The notes under the pieces are model-generated. The model ran no database searches. It was not told the DNA's origin and saw only the letters and a list, made by a program, of their open reading frames with translations. A stretch of 64,000 nt of DNA. It comes from the human T2T-CHM13v2.0 reference genome, Homo sapiens. Every line of letters begins with the position of its first letter. Position 1 is the stretch's first letter. Position numbers and translations under genes: made by a program. Below are positions 25,189 to 45,474 of the stretch, piece by piece. The stretch is taken from assembly GCF_009914755.1 (NCBI RefSeq), contig NC_060946.1; one strand, 5' to 3'.

Positions 25189-28100
25189 CACTGCTTTAGC
25201 TGTGTCCCAGGGGTTCTGGTACATTGTGTCTTTGTTCTCATTGGTTTCAAAGAACTTCTTGATTTCTGCCTTAATTTTGTTATTTACCCAGTAATCATTC
25301 AGGAACACGTTGTTCAATTTCCATGTAGTTGTGCGGTTTTTAGTGAGTTTCTTAATCCTGAGTTCTAATTTGATTGCACTGTGGTCTGAGACACTGTTTG
25401 TTATGATTTCCATTCTTTTGCATTTGCTGAGGAATGTTTTACTTCCAATTATGTGGTCGACTTTAGAATAAGTGTTATACGGTGCTGAGAAGAAAGTATA
25501 TTCTGTTGATTTGGGACGGAGAGTTCTGTAGATGTCTGTTAGGTCCACTCAGTCCAGGGCTGAGTTCAAGTCCTGAACATCCTTGTTAATTTTCTGTCTC
25601 GTTGATCTGTCTAATATTGACAGTGGGGTGTTAAAGTCTCCCACTGCTATTGTGTGGGAGTCTAAGTCTCTTTGTAGGTCTCTAAGAACTTGTTTTATGA
25701 ATCTGCGTGCTCCCGTATTGGGTGCATATATATTTAGGATAGTTAGCTCTTCTTGTTGCACTGATGTTTGTTGGTTTAAAAGATCTTTTTTGATCTTTGT
25801 TGGTTTAAAGTCTGTTTTATCAGAGACTAGGATTACAACCCCTGCTTTTTTGTTTGTTTGTTTGTTTGTTTGTTTGTTTTGCTTTCCATTTGCTTGGTAA
25901 ATGTTCCTCCATCCCTTTATTTTCAGCCTATGTGTGTTTTTGCACATGAGATGGGTCTCCTGAATACAGTACATCAACGGGTCTTGACTTTATCCAATTT
26001 GCCAGTCTGTCTGTTTTAATTGGGGCATTTAGCCCATTTACATTTAAGGTTCATATTGTTATGTGTGAATTTGATCCTGTCATCATGATGCTAGCTGATT
26101 ATTTTGCACATTAGTTGATGCAGTTTCTTCATGGTATCATTGGTCTTTATATTTTGGTGTGGTTTTGCAGTGTCTGGTACTGGTTTTTCCTTTCCATATT
26201 TAGTGCTTCCTTCAGGAGCTCATGTAAGGCCGGCCTGGTGGTGACAAAATCCCTCAGCATTTGCTTGTCTGGAAAGGATTTTATTTCTCCTTTGCTTATG
26301 AAGCTTAGTTTGGCTGGATATGAAATTCTGGGTTGAAAATTCTTTTCTTTAAGAATGTTGAATATTGGTCCCCACTCTCTTCCAGCTTATATAGGGCTTC
26401 TGCAGAGAGATCCACTGTTAGTCTGATGGGCTTCCCTTCGTAGGTAACGTGATCTTTCTCTCTGGCTGCCCTTAACATTTTTTCCTTCGTTTCAACCTTG
26501 GAGAATCTGATGATTATGTGTCTTGGGGTTGCTCTTCTTGAAGAGTATCTTAGTGGTGTTCTCTGTATTTCCTGAATTTGAATGTTGGCCTGGCTTGCTG
26601 GTTGGGGAAGTTCTCCTGGATAATATCCTAAAGTGTGTTTTCCAGCTTGTTTCCGTTCTCCCCATCACTTTCAGGTACACCAATCAATTGTAGGTTTAAT
26701 CTTTTCACATAGTCCCATATTTCTTGGAGGCTTTATTTGTTCCATTGTCATTCTTTTTTCTCTAATTTTGTCTTCACACATTGTTTCAGTAAGTTGATCT
26801 TCAATCTTTGATATTCCGCTTGATCAATTTGGCTATTGATAGTTGTGTATCCTTCACGAAGTTCTCATGCTGTGTTTTTCAGCTCCATCAGGTCATTTAC
26901 GTTCTTCTCTAAACTGGTTATTCTAGTTAGCAGCTCCTGTAACCTTTCATCAAGGTTCTTAGCTTCCTTGCATTGGGTTACAACATGCTCCTTTAGCTCA
27001 GAGGAGTTTCTCATTACCCATCTTCTGAAGCCTACTTCTGTCAATTCGTCAAATGCATTCTCCATCCAGTTTTGTGCCCTTGCTGGAGAGGAGTTGCAAT
27101 CATTTGGAGAAGAGACATTCTGGTCTTTGGAATTTTCAGCGTTTTTGTGCTGGTTTTTCCTTATCTTCATGAATTTATCTTTGATCTTTGAGGATGATGA
27201 CCTTCGGATGGGCTTTTGGGGGAGGGGAGGTCCTTTTAGTTGATCTTGATGTTATTGCTTTCTGTTTGTTAGTTTTTCATCTAATAATCAGGCCCCTCTG
27301 CTGCAGGTCTGCTGCAGTTTGCTGGAGGTTCACTCCAGACCTTTTTTGCCTGGGTATCACCAGCAGAGGCTACAGAACAGCAAAGATAGCTGCCTGCTCC
27401 TTCCTCTGGAAGCTTCGTTCCAGAGGGGCACTGACTTGATATCAGCCAGAGCTCTCCTGTATGAGGTGTCTCCCTCAGGAGGCACGGGAGTCAGGGACCC
27501 ACTTGAGGAGGCAGTCTGTCCCTTAGTAGTGCTTGAGCGCTGTGCTGGGAAATGCGCTGCTCTCTTCAGAGCCAGCAGGCAGGAACGTTTAAGTCCACTG
27601 AAGTTGCGCCCACAGCTGCCCCTTCCCCTAGGTGCCCTCTCTGTCCGGGGAGATGGGAGTTTTATCTATAAGCCCCTGACTGGGGCTGCTGCCTTTCTTT
27701 CAGAGATGCCCTGCCAGTGAGGAGGAATCTAGAGAGGCAGTCTGGCCACAGCCGCTTTGCTGTGCTGTGGTGAGTTCCGCCCAGTCCGAACTCCCCACCC
27801 TCCTTAGCACTGTCAGGGAAAAGCTACCTACTCAAGCCTCAGTAATGGCGGATGCCCCTCTCTCTACCAAGCTCTAGTGGCCCAGGTCAACTTCAGGCTG
27901 CTGTGCTGGAGCGAGAATTTCAAGCCAGTGTTTCTTAGCTTGCTGGGCTCCGTGGGAGTGGGACCTGCTGAGCAAGACCACTTGGCTCCCTGGCTTCAGC
28001 CCTCTTTCCAGGGGAGTGAACGGTTCTGTCTTGCTGGGGTTCCAGGCGCCACTGGGGTACAAAAAAAAAATTCCTGCAGCTAGCTCAGTGTCTTTCCCAA

Positions 28101-28465
28101 ACAGCCACCCAGTTTTGTGCTTGAAACCCAGGGCCCTGGTGGTGTAGGCACATGAGGGAATCTCCTGGTCTGTGGATTGCAAAAACTGGGAAATGCATAG
28201 TATCTGGACTGGATAGCACAGTCCCTCATGGTTTCCCTTGGCTGGGGGAGGGAGGCCCCCGGCTCCTTGCACTTCCTGGGTGAGGCAACACCCCACCCTG
28301 ATTCTGCTCGCCCTCCGTGGGCTGTACCCACTGCCTAACCAGTCCCAATGAGATGAACTGGGTACCTCCGTTGGAAATGCAGAAATCACTCGCCTTCTGT
28401 GTTGATCTTGCTGGGAGCTGCAGTCTGGAGCTGTTCCTATTCAGCCATCTTGCCAGATCTCCCCT
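25189..28465 (-). mobile_element. L1PA (older primate) 5'UTR, ORF1 and ORF2 endonuclease; 3' part missing; degenerate
   Basis: ORF1-like WMENAFDELTEVGFRRW; EN motifs [25 protein letters not shown]; multiple stops and frameshifts. Confidence 0.95.
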
Positions 28466-28473
28466 CTATCTTC

Positions 28474-28767
<294 letters not shown>

Positions 28768-29157
28768 GATCTCACCCTATCTTAAGCTATTTCCAGAAAC
28801 AGAATGACTAGGTCAGAGGGTATTAACATCGAAAAATGTTTCCATACCTAGAACCACATCGTTATGCAAATAAATTGTATCAATTTACACTCACACCAGC
28901 TTTACAGGAGGGTGTTCATTCCTTCAGTCTTAAGAATTCTCAGTATTCTTTCTCCTTAAAAAGAAAAACAGATCTTTACACGGAGAAAAGTTTTTCAAGT
29001 TCGGCTTGTGATTATCCTGCCTGCAAAGATGAGGGAAAAGAGCGAAAGTTGATCATGTTTAGGCATTACTTTAAGAAGACAAAAGAGCATTTTTCAACCA
29101 CCCCTTCTGAGACCAGACTAAAATCACAGTCAAGGCACTTATAGGTATAATAGCAGC

Positions 29158-29464
29158 TGATATGGTTTGGGGCTGGGTCCCTGCCCAAATCTCACATCAA
29201 ACTGTAATCCCCAGCGTTGATGGTGATGCCTGCTGGAAGGCAACTGGGTTATGGGAGTGGATTTCCCCTTTGGTGCTATTCTCTTGATAGTGAGTTCCCT
29301 TCACCTTCTGCCATGATTGGAAGTTCCCTGAGGCCTCCCCAGAAGCTGATACCACCATGCTTCCTGTACAGCCCGCAGAACTGTGAGCCAATTAAGCCCC
29401 TTTTCTTTATAAATTACCCAGTCTCAGGTATTTCTTTTCAGTAGTGTGAGAATGGACTAATACA
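29158..29464. mobile_element. MSTA/MSTB MaLR LTR
   Basis: tgatatggtttgg...gaatggactaataca; TSD gcagc/gcaac. Confidence 0.85.
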
Positions 29465-30262
29465 GCAACTAATGCTAATAGTGGCGAACAATGTGTGGAC
29501 TTTACTTTGCACCACTAACTGCTCTAAGATGTTAGAAAAAACTCACCGTACTCTTTCAAGAACCTCTGAAGTGTGTATCATTTGTACCACCATTAACAGA
29601 TAAGGAAACTGAAACAGATGTTCAATGACTTGGCCAAGGTCAGAAATCTACTGATGGCTAAAGACTCGGTTCCGACCCAGTCATATGGATTCCAGAACTC
29701 ACACATTGCCTTGGTACCCTCTCTGCTGACAAAAAACTTGAATGAGACCAACAGGAGATCAGAGATTTCAACAGCTATTTAGAAGACAGAACTGACTGAA
29801 GAAATGACAACCGAATAAAGATGGGTGAAGGCAGCTGCGAACCACAGCAATATGGAGAGGACATCCAGCCAAGAAGAATCACCTGCTAGGCAGAGCCTCA
29901 GAGAGAGGAGAAGTTCACCAGCCCCATGACCCATATAGGATTCAAGGCAGCCTCGAGTCTACACCAATGAAAAAATCAGAGAGTTCATGACTCAATCAAA
30001 AAGCCCCAGAAATAATATCCTTGTATTCTGACACTTTAGGGGGTTCCCATCCAATCACCCCACAGGTAAGCCTGCCAGTGGACTTGTCTTCCTCCTACAT
30101 AGGAATGGATCTAGGATCAGATATATGAGAAAGACAAAATAAGGAAAAGAGACCAAGACTAACAAATGCAAAATGAGTCCAGAAGAAATGAATAATTTTG
30201 AAAATGGACAATAATTTTGAAAAAATCAAACTCATGTCCTTGGAGAGATTTAAACTCACGCT

Positions 30263-30560
<298 letters not shown>

Positions 30561-31930
30561 TGTATGCTTGAGAACAAGATGTACTGAAAAGGGGGGGGAA
30601 ACAATAGAACAAAAAAAAATTCTTGGGAATTAAATGATTGACAAAATAAACAACTCAAGAGAGGGTTGAAAAAGTCTAGAAAAGCTTCCAGAAAATAAAC
30701 TAGAAAGATGACAGGAGAAATGGAGCTAAAGCGGAATTGAAATGTTACCATACATCATGATTTCCTGGAAAGCTACTTGAGAAAGAGCTACAGAGGGAGT
30801 GGGAAGGACGTGCGTGTGTGTGCACGTGTGTGCACCCATGGTGAGTGGGTGGGGATAACCAAGAGAGAAAAAGACATGGGATCCAGGAAACAAGCAACTC
30901 AACCCAGTGAGAAGGGAATCCAAGGATCACGGCTGAGCATGCAGCAGGCCTAAAGAACAACCAGTCCAGGATGGAATAAGAAGGGAAGGGTTCTGTGGGG
31001 ACTTCACAGAGTACCTCATATGATTCACAATTTGAGGGAAGCTGAGGAAATCATGAAGGCAAACAGTGCAAGGGGGGGGAAAACAAAGGCAATTAGAAAC
31101 ATCAGGAAAAACTAAAGCTGTGCCACAAAGCATGTGCAGCCATATTGTACAACTCAACTCTATAGTAAACAGTATTTAAAACATCACAAAAATGTAAACA
31201 CGCTTGTTTGATTTTTAACTTTGAGCACAAAACAGAACATTTAAATATGAGAACCAAATAAACTTGTTGCCAATCAGTACCAAAATTAAAGTACAATGGT
31301 AGTGCTTGGGAAGGGAGGCACTGAAAAGGAAGATTAATATCCTCGTTTTATAAAATGGGGAGTCAAGAAACACTGGCCATAGTGAGGGCGTAAGAAAAAC
31401 ATTGCAAGTAAATTGTTTACAAAGTTTCTAATGGGGATTATAAAACTAGCGATATAATATTAGAAGAAGGTGGGGAGGGGAGTTAGAAGTGTAAAGATAA
31501 CTTAATAATAATAAATAAATAATAAGTAATGAATAAAAATATTAATAATAAAAATAGTAATAAAAAAATTATATCCTAATAGGAAGCAAATAAATAGTGA
31601 TGTCTAAATTTCAAAATGGAGAAAAATAAAAATGCAATAGCTTATATTTATTGACCATCTGCTTTGCACCAGGAACCTTCTAAATGCTTTGCAGGCATTA
31701 ACTTATTTTTAGTTCTCACAACAACTGTTAGAAAGATACTATTATCACCTGCATGCTTCAGATGAGGAAACTGAAGCTCAGAGAAGTTAAGCTAGTGACA
31801 GCACCTAACTAGTGACACCCGGAATTCAAACTCAGGCTTCCTATCTCCAGAGCATGCACTCTCACTATTTCATGTCCCAGCATAAGAAAATTATTTAAAT
31901 ATATTTATTTACTCCCTAAAGAAAAAGCTA

Positions 31931-32294
<364 letters not shown>

Positions 32295-32467
32295 CTAATT
32301 GATTGATTGATTGGGAAGGGGTAAGTAGAGCCCTCTGTACTAATTGCTTGGTCTTAACCATCTGCCGCACTCACTTATTACTTTATTTTTTTAATTTAAG
32401 AGGACAGAATTCAGTTTATAGTAGTTAGTAACTGCTAACCTCAATAGCAAGTTAGGTTCTGGTGTCA

Positions 32468-32926
<459 letters not shown>

Positions 32927-33158
32927 TCACACACAGTTTCCTGGATAACAGGAACTATTGTAAGAGATCCCACCAAACCACAACCATGCAGAATGAATCA
33001 CAGCCCTGCACAAAGGCCACCTCTATGAGGACATCTGCCCAACAACTGTCTAACCTTGAGCTAAGGTGACCCTTGTTATTAATTCTTGTACCTAGGGATC
33101 ATTATTTAAAATAACTTACATAATTCTCCCCATTTTGGCTTTAAAAACCTCTGCTTTC

Positions 33159-33558
<400 letters not shown>

Positions 33559-34907
33559 TTACAAATCCTTCTGCTCATTCCAGAATAAACTTGTTATCTT
33601 CAGAGACTCCCTTTCTGTTGTTATTTTAGGTTGACGACAGACTCCCTGAACGTAATCTCATAGTGGAGCAACCAGAATGGGGACTGCAGACTCAAATCCA
33701 GGTGAGAATCAGGTGTCTCTTAACTTCAGGGACGTGGGACGTGAGCAGAGACCATCCATTTGGAGATTCCGAGGATCTAGTGACTAAGAATAGGGCTCAG
33801 TTTCACCATCAACACCGCAGGAAAATTCACCCAGGATGTCTGCAGCTCCAGAGGAGGGGGCTTGGGCCAAAATCTTGGGTCCATATGCAATTTCGGCCAC
33901 TGAGAAGGCAAACCCAACTCGAAGGGGGAAATGAACCCTGAAATTGCTTTGGAAGATGTGCGGTGACATCGCCAGCACCACCTAGTGGAAGCTGGAAGTG
34001 TGGACAGCCCTCCTCACAGCCACCACCCCCACCCCGCCCTGCCCCGCCAATGGAGAGGTGTGCTTGGCCAGGTCATGCCCGATGTCATTGTCTGTGTGCA
34101 CCATGACAGGGACCCCAGCGCCCTGTTCTGCTCTTTTTCAAGGCACCCTGGAAGGAGGTGGCGAGCTTCAAGCTGGGCATTTGACAATGGGGGCTTCTGA
34201 AGGCATCAGTGGCTAGCGGAGACAAACAAGCCTAGGACTGCAAAGTGCAGGGGAAGGGAATTGTGTTTCATGCCCACAGCCCCTGGGGACCCCATAGGAG
34301 GCTGAGGGAGCAGCCACTGGTCCCGGCCACTCACAGCCCGGCCACTAGCAGTGTCTCATGGACAATCCTTTTTGTCTTTCCTCATATGGAAAAATTGGGC
34401 CCTGAGTAACAGGTGTCAGCTTCAGGAAGGTTCAGAAGTAGGTATAAAAATGACAAACACAATCAAGCTCATATTTTCCTGCTGAAGTCTAGACAAATGT
34501 GTGTTTCATTTTGATGCACATATAACATTTAAGAGAACTGGACTCATACACAGAGTTAACAGAGTAGTTTTTGGATTCAGATTTGAAATAGGTAATCGAG
34601 TAATTGATATAGATGCAGGATTTCAGCTTGAATGCCTCTCTGCTAGTAGGTACTGAGGGTGCTGCAAATAAGCTTTAGCCCAGGGAGAGGGAGAAGCATC
34701 TAGCTCAGTGGATCCCAAACAGGAGAAATGAGGAGTGGAGGGTAGGGAGGGTGCTGTGAGCACCCACAGCAACAGGATCTCTGGAACATGCACCAAGGGA
34801 CATGCGCCAACCTCTATCCCCTTCCCTCCAGCAGCCAAGAGACAAAGGAGACTCTTGTCTGGAGTCATTGCGGTGCCAAAGCATGACCTTAAAAATGATA
34901 GCAACTT

Positions 34908-35830
<923 letters not shown>

Positions 35831-36002
35831 CTTTAATTAAAGTCCTTTCAAAGCCCAACCTTTGCAGAAAAAAAATTATAGCACCTGAGCCCTTTTTGGT
35901 TTGCAGAACATTTTCACACACATAGTCATACATGCTTCAACGACGGCCCTGTGATAAAAACATTTATTAATTTGGCTTCCCAGAGGAGAAAACTAAGGTT
36001 CA

Positions 36003-36654
<652 letters not shown>

Positions 36655-36894
36655 TCAGAGGGTTGGGGGCGGGGTCTGAAATAGTTTCTAAGCAGTTCTC
36701 ACGTGGAGCCAACGCTTCTGGTGCAAGGACCGCCATCCAGCAGCAAAGATCCAGTGTACTTTACTTAACAGACAAGGAAGCTAGCCGGGAAGGGAGTGAC
36801 TTGCCCAGGGTGACAGGGCAGGGTGGCACATAGGAAGCTAAGGGCCAGGGAATGTGCATGCAGCTGTTTTGCCAAAAATCGGTCACCTTCTTAA

Positions 36895-37215
<321 letters not shown>

Positions 37216-37424
37216 TGAACCAAGGTTTCTAAGATGCTCTTAGCCTCCTTGGATCTGGCCTAGCCCACCTTTCCATCTTAGCTTTTCTGCACAACCGCCC
37301 ACAGCTAGCTCAGCCTACGCCTCAGCCAATCTGGTTCCCGACGATGCAGAGCCGGCATTGGCTGCAGAAGCCAGGCCTAGTCCTGTCCAGGGCCCCCTGG
37401 CCGCAGACAAATGCTACAGACACG

Positions 37425-38817
37425 GCTCGTAGCACATGGTTCTCTTTATTGTGATGCTCAGTGGAAAACATCTGTAAACCAGCTTACTGTAGTGGTGACA
37501 GCTGCAACACATGCTAAGGCACTTTTATTATATAAAAAAGGGGGTAGGGTGGGAGTTTCACTCACTCCTTTGTGACAGCAACTGGGACCTGAATTCAGAG
37601 CTTTGTAGGCATATGCAGCTTTTATATCACTTCATGATTTGAGAGTTTGTTTCCTTTAAAAAAAAAAAATGCCTTCTTGCCGTAAGTCTCAATGCAGCAT
37701 ATACAAAACAGTTAGGAATACAAGTAAATTCGGCAACCAGTGTAGACCAGTGAGGACGAGCTACTCTCTTCTAAACAAAGGCAGTGAGAAAGACTCGGAA
37801 TTTTATCATTTATTACAAGAAAGGGGAAAAAAGAAAACCTTATTTTGCTTTCAAAAATACCTGTGCAGGTGGCAGATTTTTAAACTATACTGAGTCAACG
37901 GTGCAGGTAAACCACCCTCGGGCCCAGTCCTAGAGTAGACACAAGATCGCCTGGGAGGGCCGCTGGCCCCTCTAACGCTCTGGCTGTCAGACTTGGGACA
38001 AGTCCCTTAACCATTAAATATATTTGGTCCCCAAGAGTGTTGGGAGAAGCCACTGGAAGGCTGCTGGCCTTTCCAGCTTGACCCCGACAGCCTTGCTGTG
38101 GCAGAGGCAGGCTGTCCTCGGTAAAGGAGGGGAGGGGGCATTGCACTTGAGACATTTTAGAATCAGGAGGGAGACAGCGGACAGTGGCGCTGCCTGGGAC
38201 AGGGTGGGGAGGAATCCACTCTTCCCCCCACCCCAGCCTTCTGTGCCCTGCACAGAGGTGGAGGCCCAGGGCCTGCTCCTTCTGGACCGCCCAGAGCCAT
38301 GGGAGTGGGAGGCCCAAGGGGCAGAGGTGTGTGAGGTCACCACGTGTGATTGCAAACAGCAAAGAAAGGAGGAGGAGTGGGGGCGCTGGTGGCAGACGTC
38401 AGGGAGGCTGACGACTGCGGGGGCTCCGACTACCAAAAGGCCTCAGTCTGAAGAAAAATAGATTCATAGAAAACTCTGGCCCCTCCCCGGGGGCCTGCCC
38501 TGCTCGCCTCAACATCTTGTGCTTTTTGGCAAGAGAGGGCTGAGGAGCCTGCTGGTCGCTCTCTGCCTGGGCCCGGGCCCTGTCTCTTTGGTATCAGATT
38601 CTGAGCAGGGGAGGGAGCTGGAAGGGGATGCAGCAGAGGAAGCCAAATGCCCTCAACAACACCTGGAGGGAAACGGGATGGGGGGACGGGGCGGAGGGCA
38701 GGAGGAGGCATGTTCACAGCAGTCCCAAGAAGGTGGGGAGAGGCGTGCTGCGGGGTCTGGGAAGGGGAGGCTGTGGTGTCTGTCTGTCCATCCATCTCAG
38801 GCTGCAGGAGAAGAGGC
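37425..38817 (-). other. MYH9: MYH9 3'UTR
   Basis: Between the TAA stop and the poly(A) site; no obvious repeats. Confidence 0.85.
37445..37450 (-). terminator. MYH9: MYH9 polyadenylation signal (second AATAAA at 37524-37529)
   Basis: TTTATT on + strand; GU-rich sequence downstream on the minus strand. Confidence 0.8.
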
Positions 38818-38961
<144 letters not shown>

Positions 38962-39376
38962 TCAGCGGGCCCGGCCAGGCCAGGGGCGGCCACAGCACAG
39001 CCCACACATCTCAAAGTGAATTCGAGAGGGAAACCAGGTGCCTGGCTGCTCCCACCAGAAAGAAGCAAAGTGGAGTCTTGGGAGCCACAGCTGAGCTAGA
39101 CAGGACCACTCTCAGGAAAGCAGGCAAAGCTTCCCGCAAAATGTTTAGGTGTCGGACATCTCCACACACAACAGTAGCACAAAAACAGCTCAGGCAAACA
39201 GGACCAATTACAACAGGAAAGGCACAAAAGTAAGTGTAAAATGCCATCCTCTGTTGCAACTCCTATAAAACCGGTGAAACCAAGACAGGTAAACAGGTGT
39301 GCCTGTTCACACAGAGTAGAAAGACAGGCACCCTCTTTCTACCACATGGCAGAAAATTCATATACAATACTGACTA

Positions 39377-39717
<341 letters not shown>

Positions 39718-40241
39718 CACGTAAACACATAAGAAAAAAACACGTAAGAAATGAGAATCTCAAAAAACACAAAATGAGAGTCTCAAAAAACCCACAAAAA
39801 AACACGTAAGAAATGAGAATCTCAGAGAATAAGATCCTCTGCTTCAAACATTCACTACTTCTTGAGTGTTAACACTCCCTGAGAAACGCAAAGGAGCGTT
39901 TTTAACCTCTGTAGGCATTGCTCATGAGGCTCACATTCGTTTTGCAGATATTTAACTGAGGCACCTAACATGTGCCAGGACTGGGCCAGGTGGCCTCAAG
40001 CAACTTCCAATTCAAAAGACAATAGACTTTTAGGACAGCTGGGAATAAACTACCTAGAGTTTACTGTGTGTTCAAAACACTAAGCTAAAGCCTCAAAGGC
40101 AAGGAGCCAGAAGGGGCAGGGATTGCTTTGTGCAGTCCTTTCTTGGTGACATTCGTGCCTTGCTTGTGGGCTCTGGTTGAGGAACAAGCTACCTTTTGAG
40201 AGAAGTGCCGAGGCAAAGGGGCGGGTGGGCAGGGCGGCTCA

Positions 40242-40448
<207 letters not shown>

Positions 40449-40531
40449 TTAGGGGCTCTGGGCGTGCAGCCAGTCAGCCCCACTGCCCTGCCTGTCACCC
40501 CATCTGCTGCCCAGCCCCGCTGCCCTTCTCA

Positions 40532-40762
<231 letters not shown>

Positions 40763-41062
40763 CTAGGGATCACGTAGGGAGGCCTTTGCTAGACACCTAT
40801 GTGTACCCGGCTTCTTACGACGGGCACTGCAAATAGCCCCATTTACAGATGAGGAAATGGGCTCAGGTAAGGGAAGCGACACACCTCAAAGAGCATCTAT
40901 GTAACTGGAAAAGAGGTCTGGGGGCCTAGTGTAAACCCCATTCCCTCCAAGGAAGTCTCAGTCCTGCTGAGCCCATAGGACAACTGTCCTAGTGGGCAGG
41001 ACCCCCCTGTACCTCCTGCTCTGATTCACTCTCAGACACAGCCACCAAAACTCCTGGCTTTA

Positions 41063-41617
<555 letters not shown>

Positions 41618-41693
41618 TTAGAAACTTCTGAACACCCAACACAGAAGCCAGAGGGGGACCTTTCAGGTCCAGGTGCCTGGACATTTTCCCCTA

Positions 41694-41960
<267 letters not shown>

Positions 41961-42013
41961 CTACCCTGGGGACACACCTGGTCCCCCCCAACTCTGCCCC
42001 CTCACTCAGCTCA

Positions 42014-42184
<171 letters not shown>

Positions 42185-42705
42185 TCAAGCCCTTCCCCAG
42201 GCCCACCTCCCCACGAAGCCCTTCCTCCAGAAACCCTCTAGCTCACAGGGCTGGTGCCCCCCTGAAGATATAGCTTAAACACCATATGTTTATAAAACTC
42301 TTACATTTAAGTGCTAGGAATCAAGCCAGGTGCCAGGGTATGGCGATAAGTAAGAAGTGTCCTGGCCTAACCAGGGAGACCACGTGGACAGAGTCACTCA
42401 GGGCGGCCCCTCCCTGTTCTGGGTAAGCCAGAGCTTGGAGTCAGCTCTGGAGGCCACAGGCAGATGGCTACACCCTGGACGCACTCGCAGCCGGCACATC
42501 ACGCTGCAGGGCACCCTCCAGACCTGGGAAACACTTCAGGACGGGCTCAGGTGCGACGGGCAGGGCGGCCGAGGGGACGCTCAGACCCCTTCTCACCAGG
42601 CAGCATTCACAGCAGGAGGTGGTGGTGGCCACAAAGCCTCATCTCATGTGAGGGATGCCAGTTTCACACACACACACACTCTGATCATACGAGGGAGCCC
42701 CGCTA

Positions 42706-43062
<357 letters not shown>

Positions 43063-43508
43063 TCACCTCGCCAACAGGGCTCATGGCTGGTGCTCCACTC
43101 AATGCTGTATTTAACCAACTAACCGTGGTGACAGGGCAAAAAGGCAACTAAAGACAATCATCTGTGTATCCCACCCCGTAATGCACACTTTGACAGTGTT
43201 CGTCACCGTGGACGTGAGCCCAAGCTGAGCTTCATTTTCTACTTTCTGTCCCCTCCTGTGGGCCGGAAGCCAGTGCCCATGGTGCCACCCCTAATGCGCA
43301 CCTGCCACTCAAAACCAGTGCCCAGCCTGCCGGTCCATCCCCACCACAGGCAGGAAACACCTTTCCTTTTGTTATTCTCCTGTTACTTCTTTTAACACTA
43401 AAGACCTTTGTCAAATAGCCTTTTTTTCCTTTTGCAGATAAATCCGAAATTGAGATTCCCCAAATCAAAGAGAGTGACTGGCTGTGTGCAGCCCGACCAC
43501 ACCAGTAA

Positions 43509-43953
<445 letters not shown>

Positions 43954-44401
43954 TCAGAGCTGTTTTTACGTGTTAATTATTCTTTAATTATTAGTGAGGT
44001 GAAGATTTCCAAGTATGTGTCCCACACTCCGGGCTGCTTCTTGGAACCATCGCCCCAGAGCCCAGAAGGCTGAAGGGTGTCAGGACCCGGGTGATTCTGG
44101 AAGTCTGCATTAAGTGAGACCTTCTTGAACTCCACCCATGTCTAGGCTTGTACTTGTTTGCTTCTGTGTTTTATGTACCCAGTCATACACCGTTTCGCAA
44201 GTTTGCTGTTGGACTATCATGTTTCCACTCACCTCTGAGCCTCTGAGTCTCTGTCAGTGAGATGGGGCTGGAAGCACCCAGGACCTTCCCAGGAGGTGCC
44301 ACCCTGCCAGGTTCCCGCCCTGGGCCGAGCCCTGGCACCTTCATATGTAGTTGGCTCAGTCGGGTGCCGCCCACCCTCACCTGGGCCCCGCCCACCCTTA
44401 C

Positions 44402-44563
44402 CTGCAGCTTCCGCAGCTGTTTGATGGCTTCGTCTCGGTTCTTGTTGGCCGAGTCGATGTGCGCCTCCAGGTCCTTCAGGTCCATCTCCAGCTTCTTCCG
44501 GGCGGCCACTGCCATCGAGCGCTGCTTCCTCTCGTCCTCCAGCTCTGCCTCCATCTCCCGCAC
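44402..44563 (-). CDS. MYH9: MYH9 exon 34 (162 nt)
   Basis: [15 protein letters not shown]...LRKLQ; GT-AG. Confidence 0.97.
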
Positions 44564-44777
44564 CTGGGGGAAGGAACATCAACAACTTGGGAAGCTGGAC
44601 CCACTGGGAGACCCTGCCCTAGCTCTGAACTCAGGAGCCTCAGGCCAGTTCTGCAGGATCCATGGGGCCTCGGGAAACCAGTGGGGATTACTGACCATAA
44701 GAACTCTAAGAAAGTGAGTCACTGAACCCCGAGACAGGAGGCTAGAAAGAAGGAATATGGGAGGGGAGGCGTGGTCA

Positions 44778-45474
<697 letters not shown>

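Noticed and set aside
25018-27170. Endonuclease-like and coiled-coil ORFs as a novel nuclease system
   Set aside because: Fragments of L1 ORF2 EN and ORF1 with stops and frameshifts
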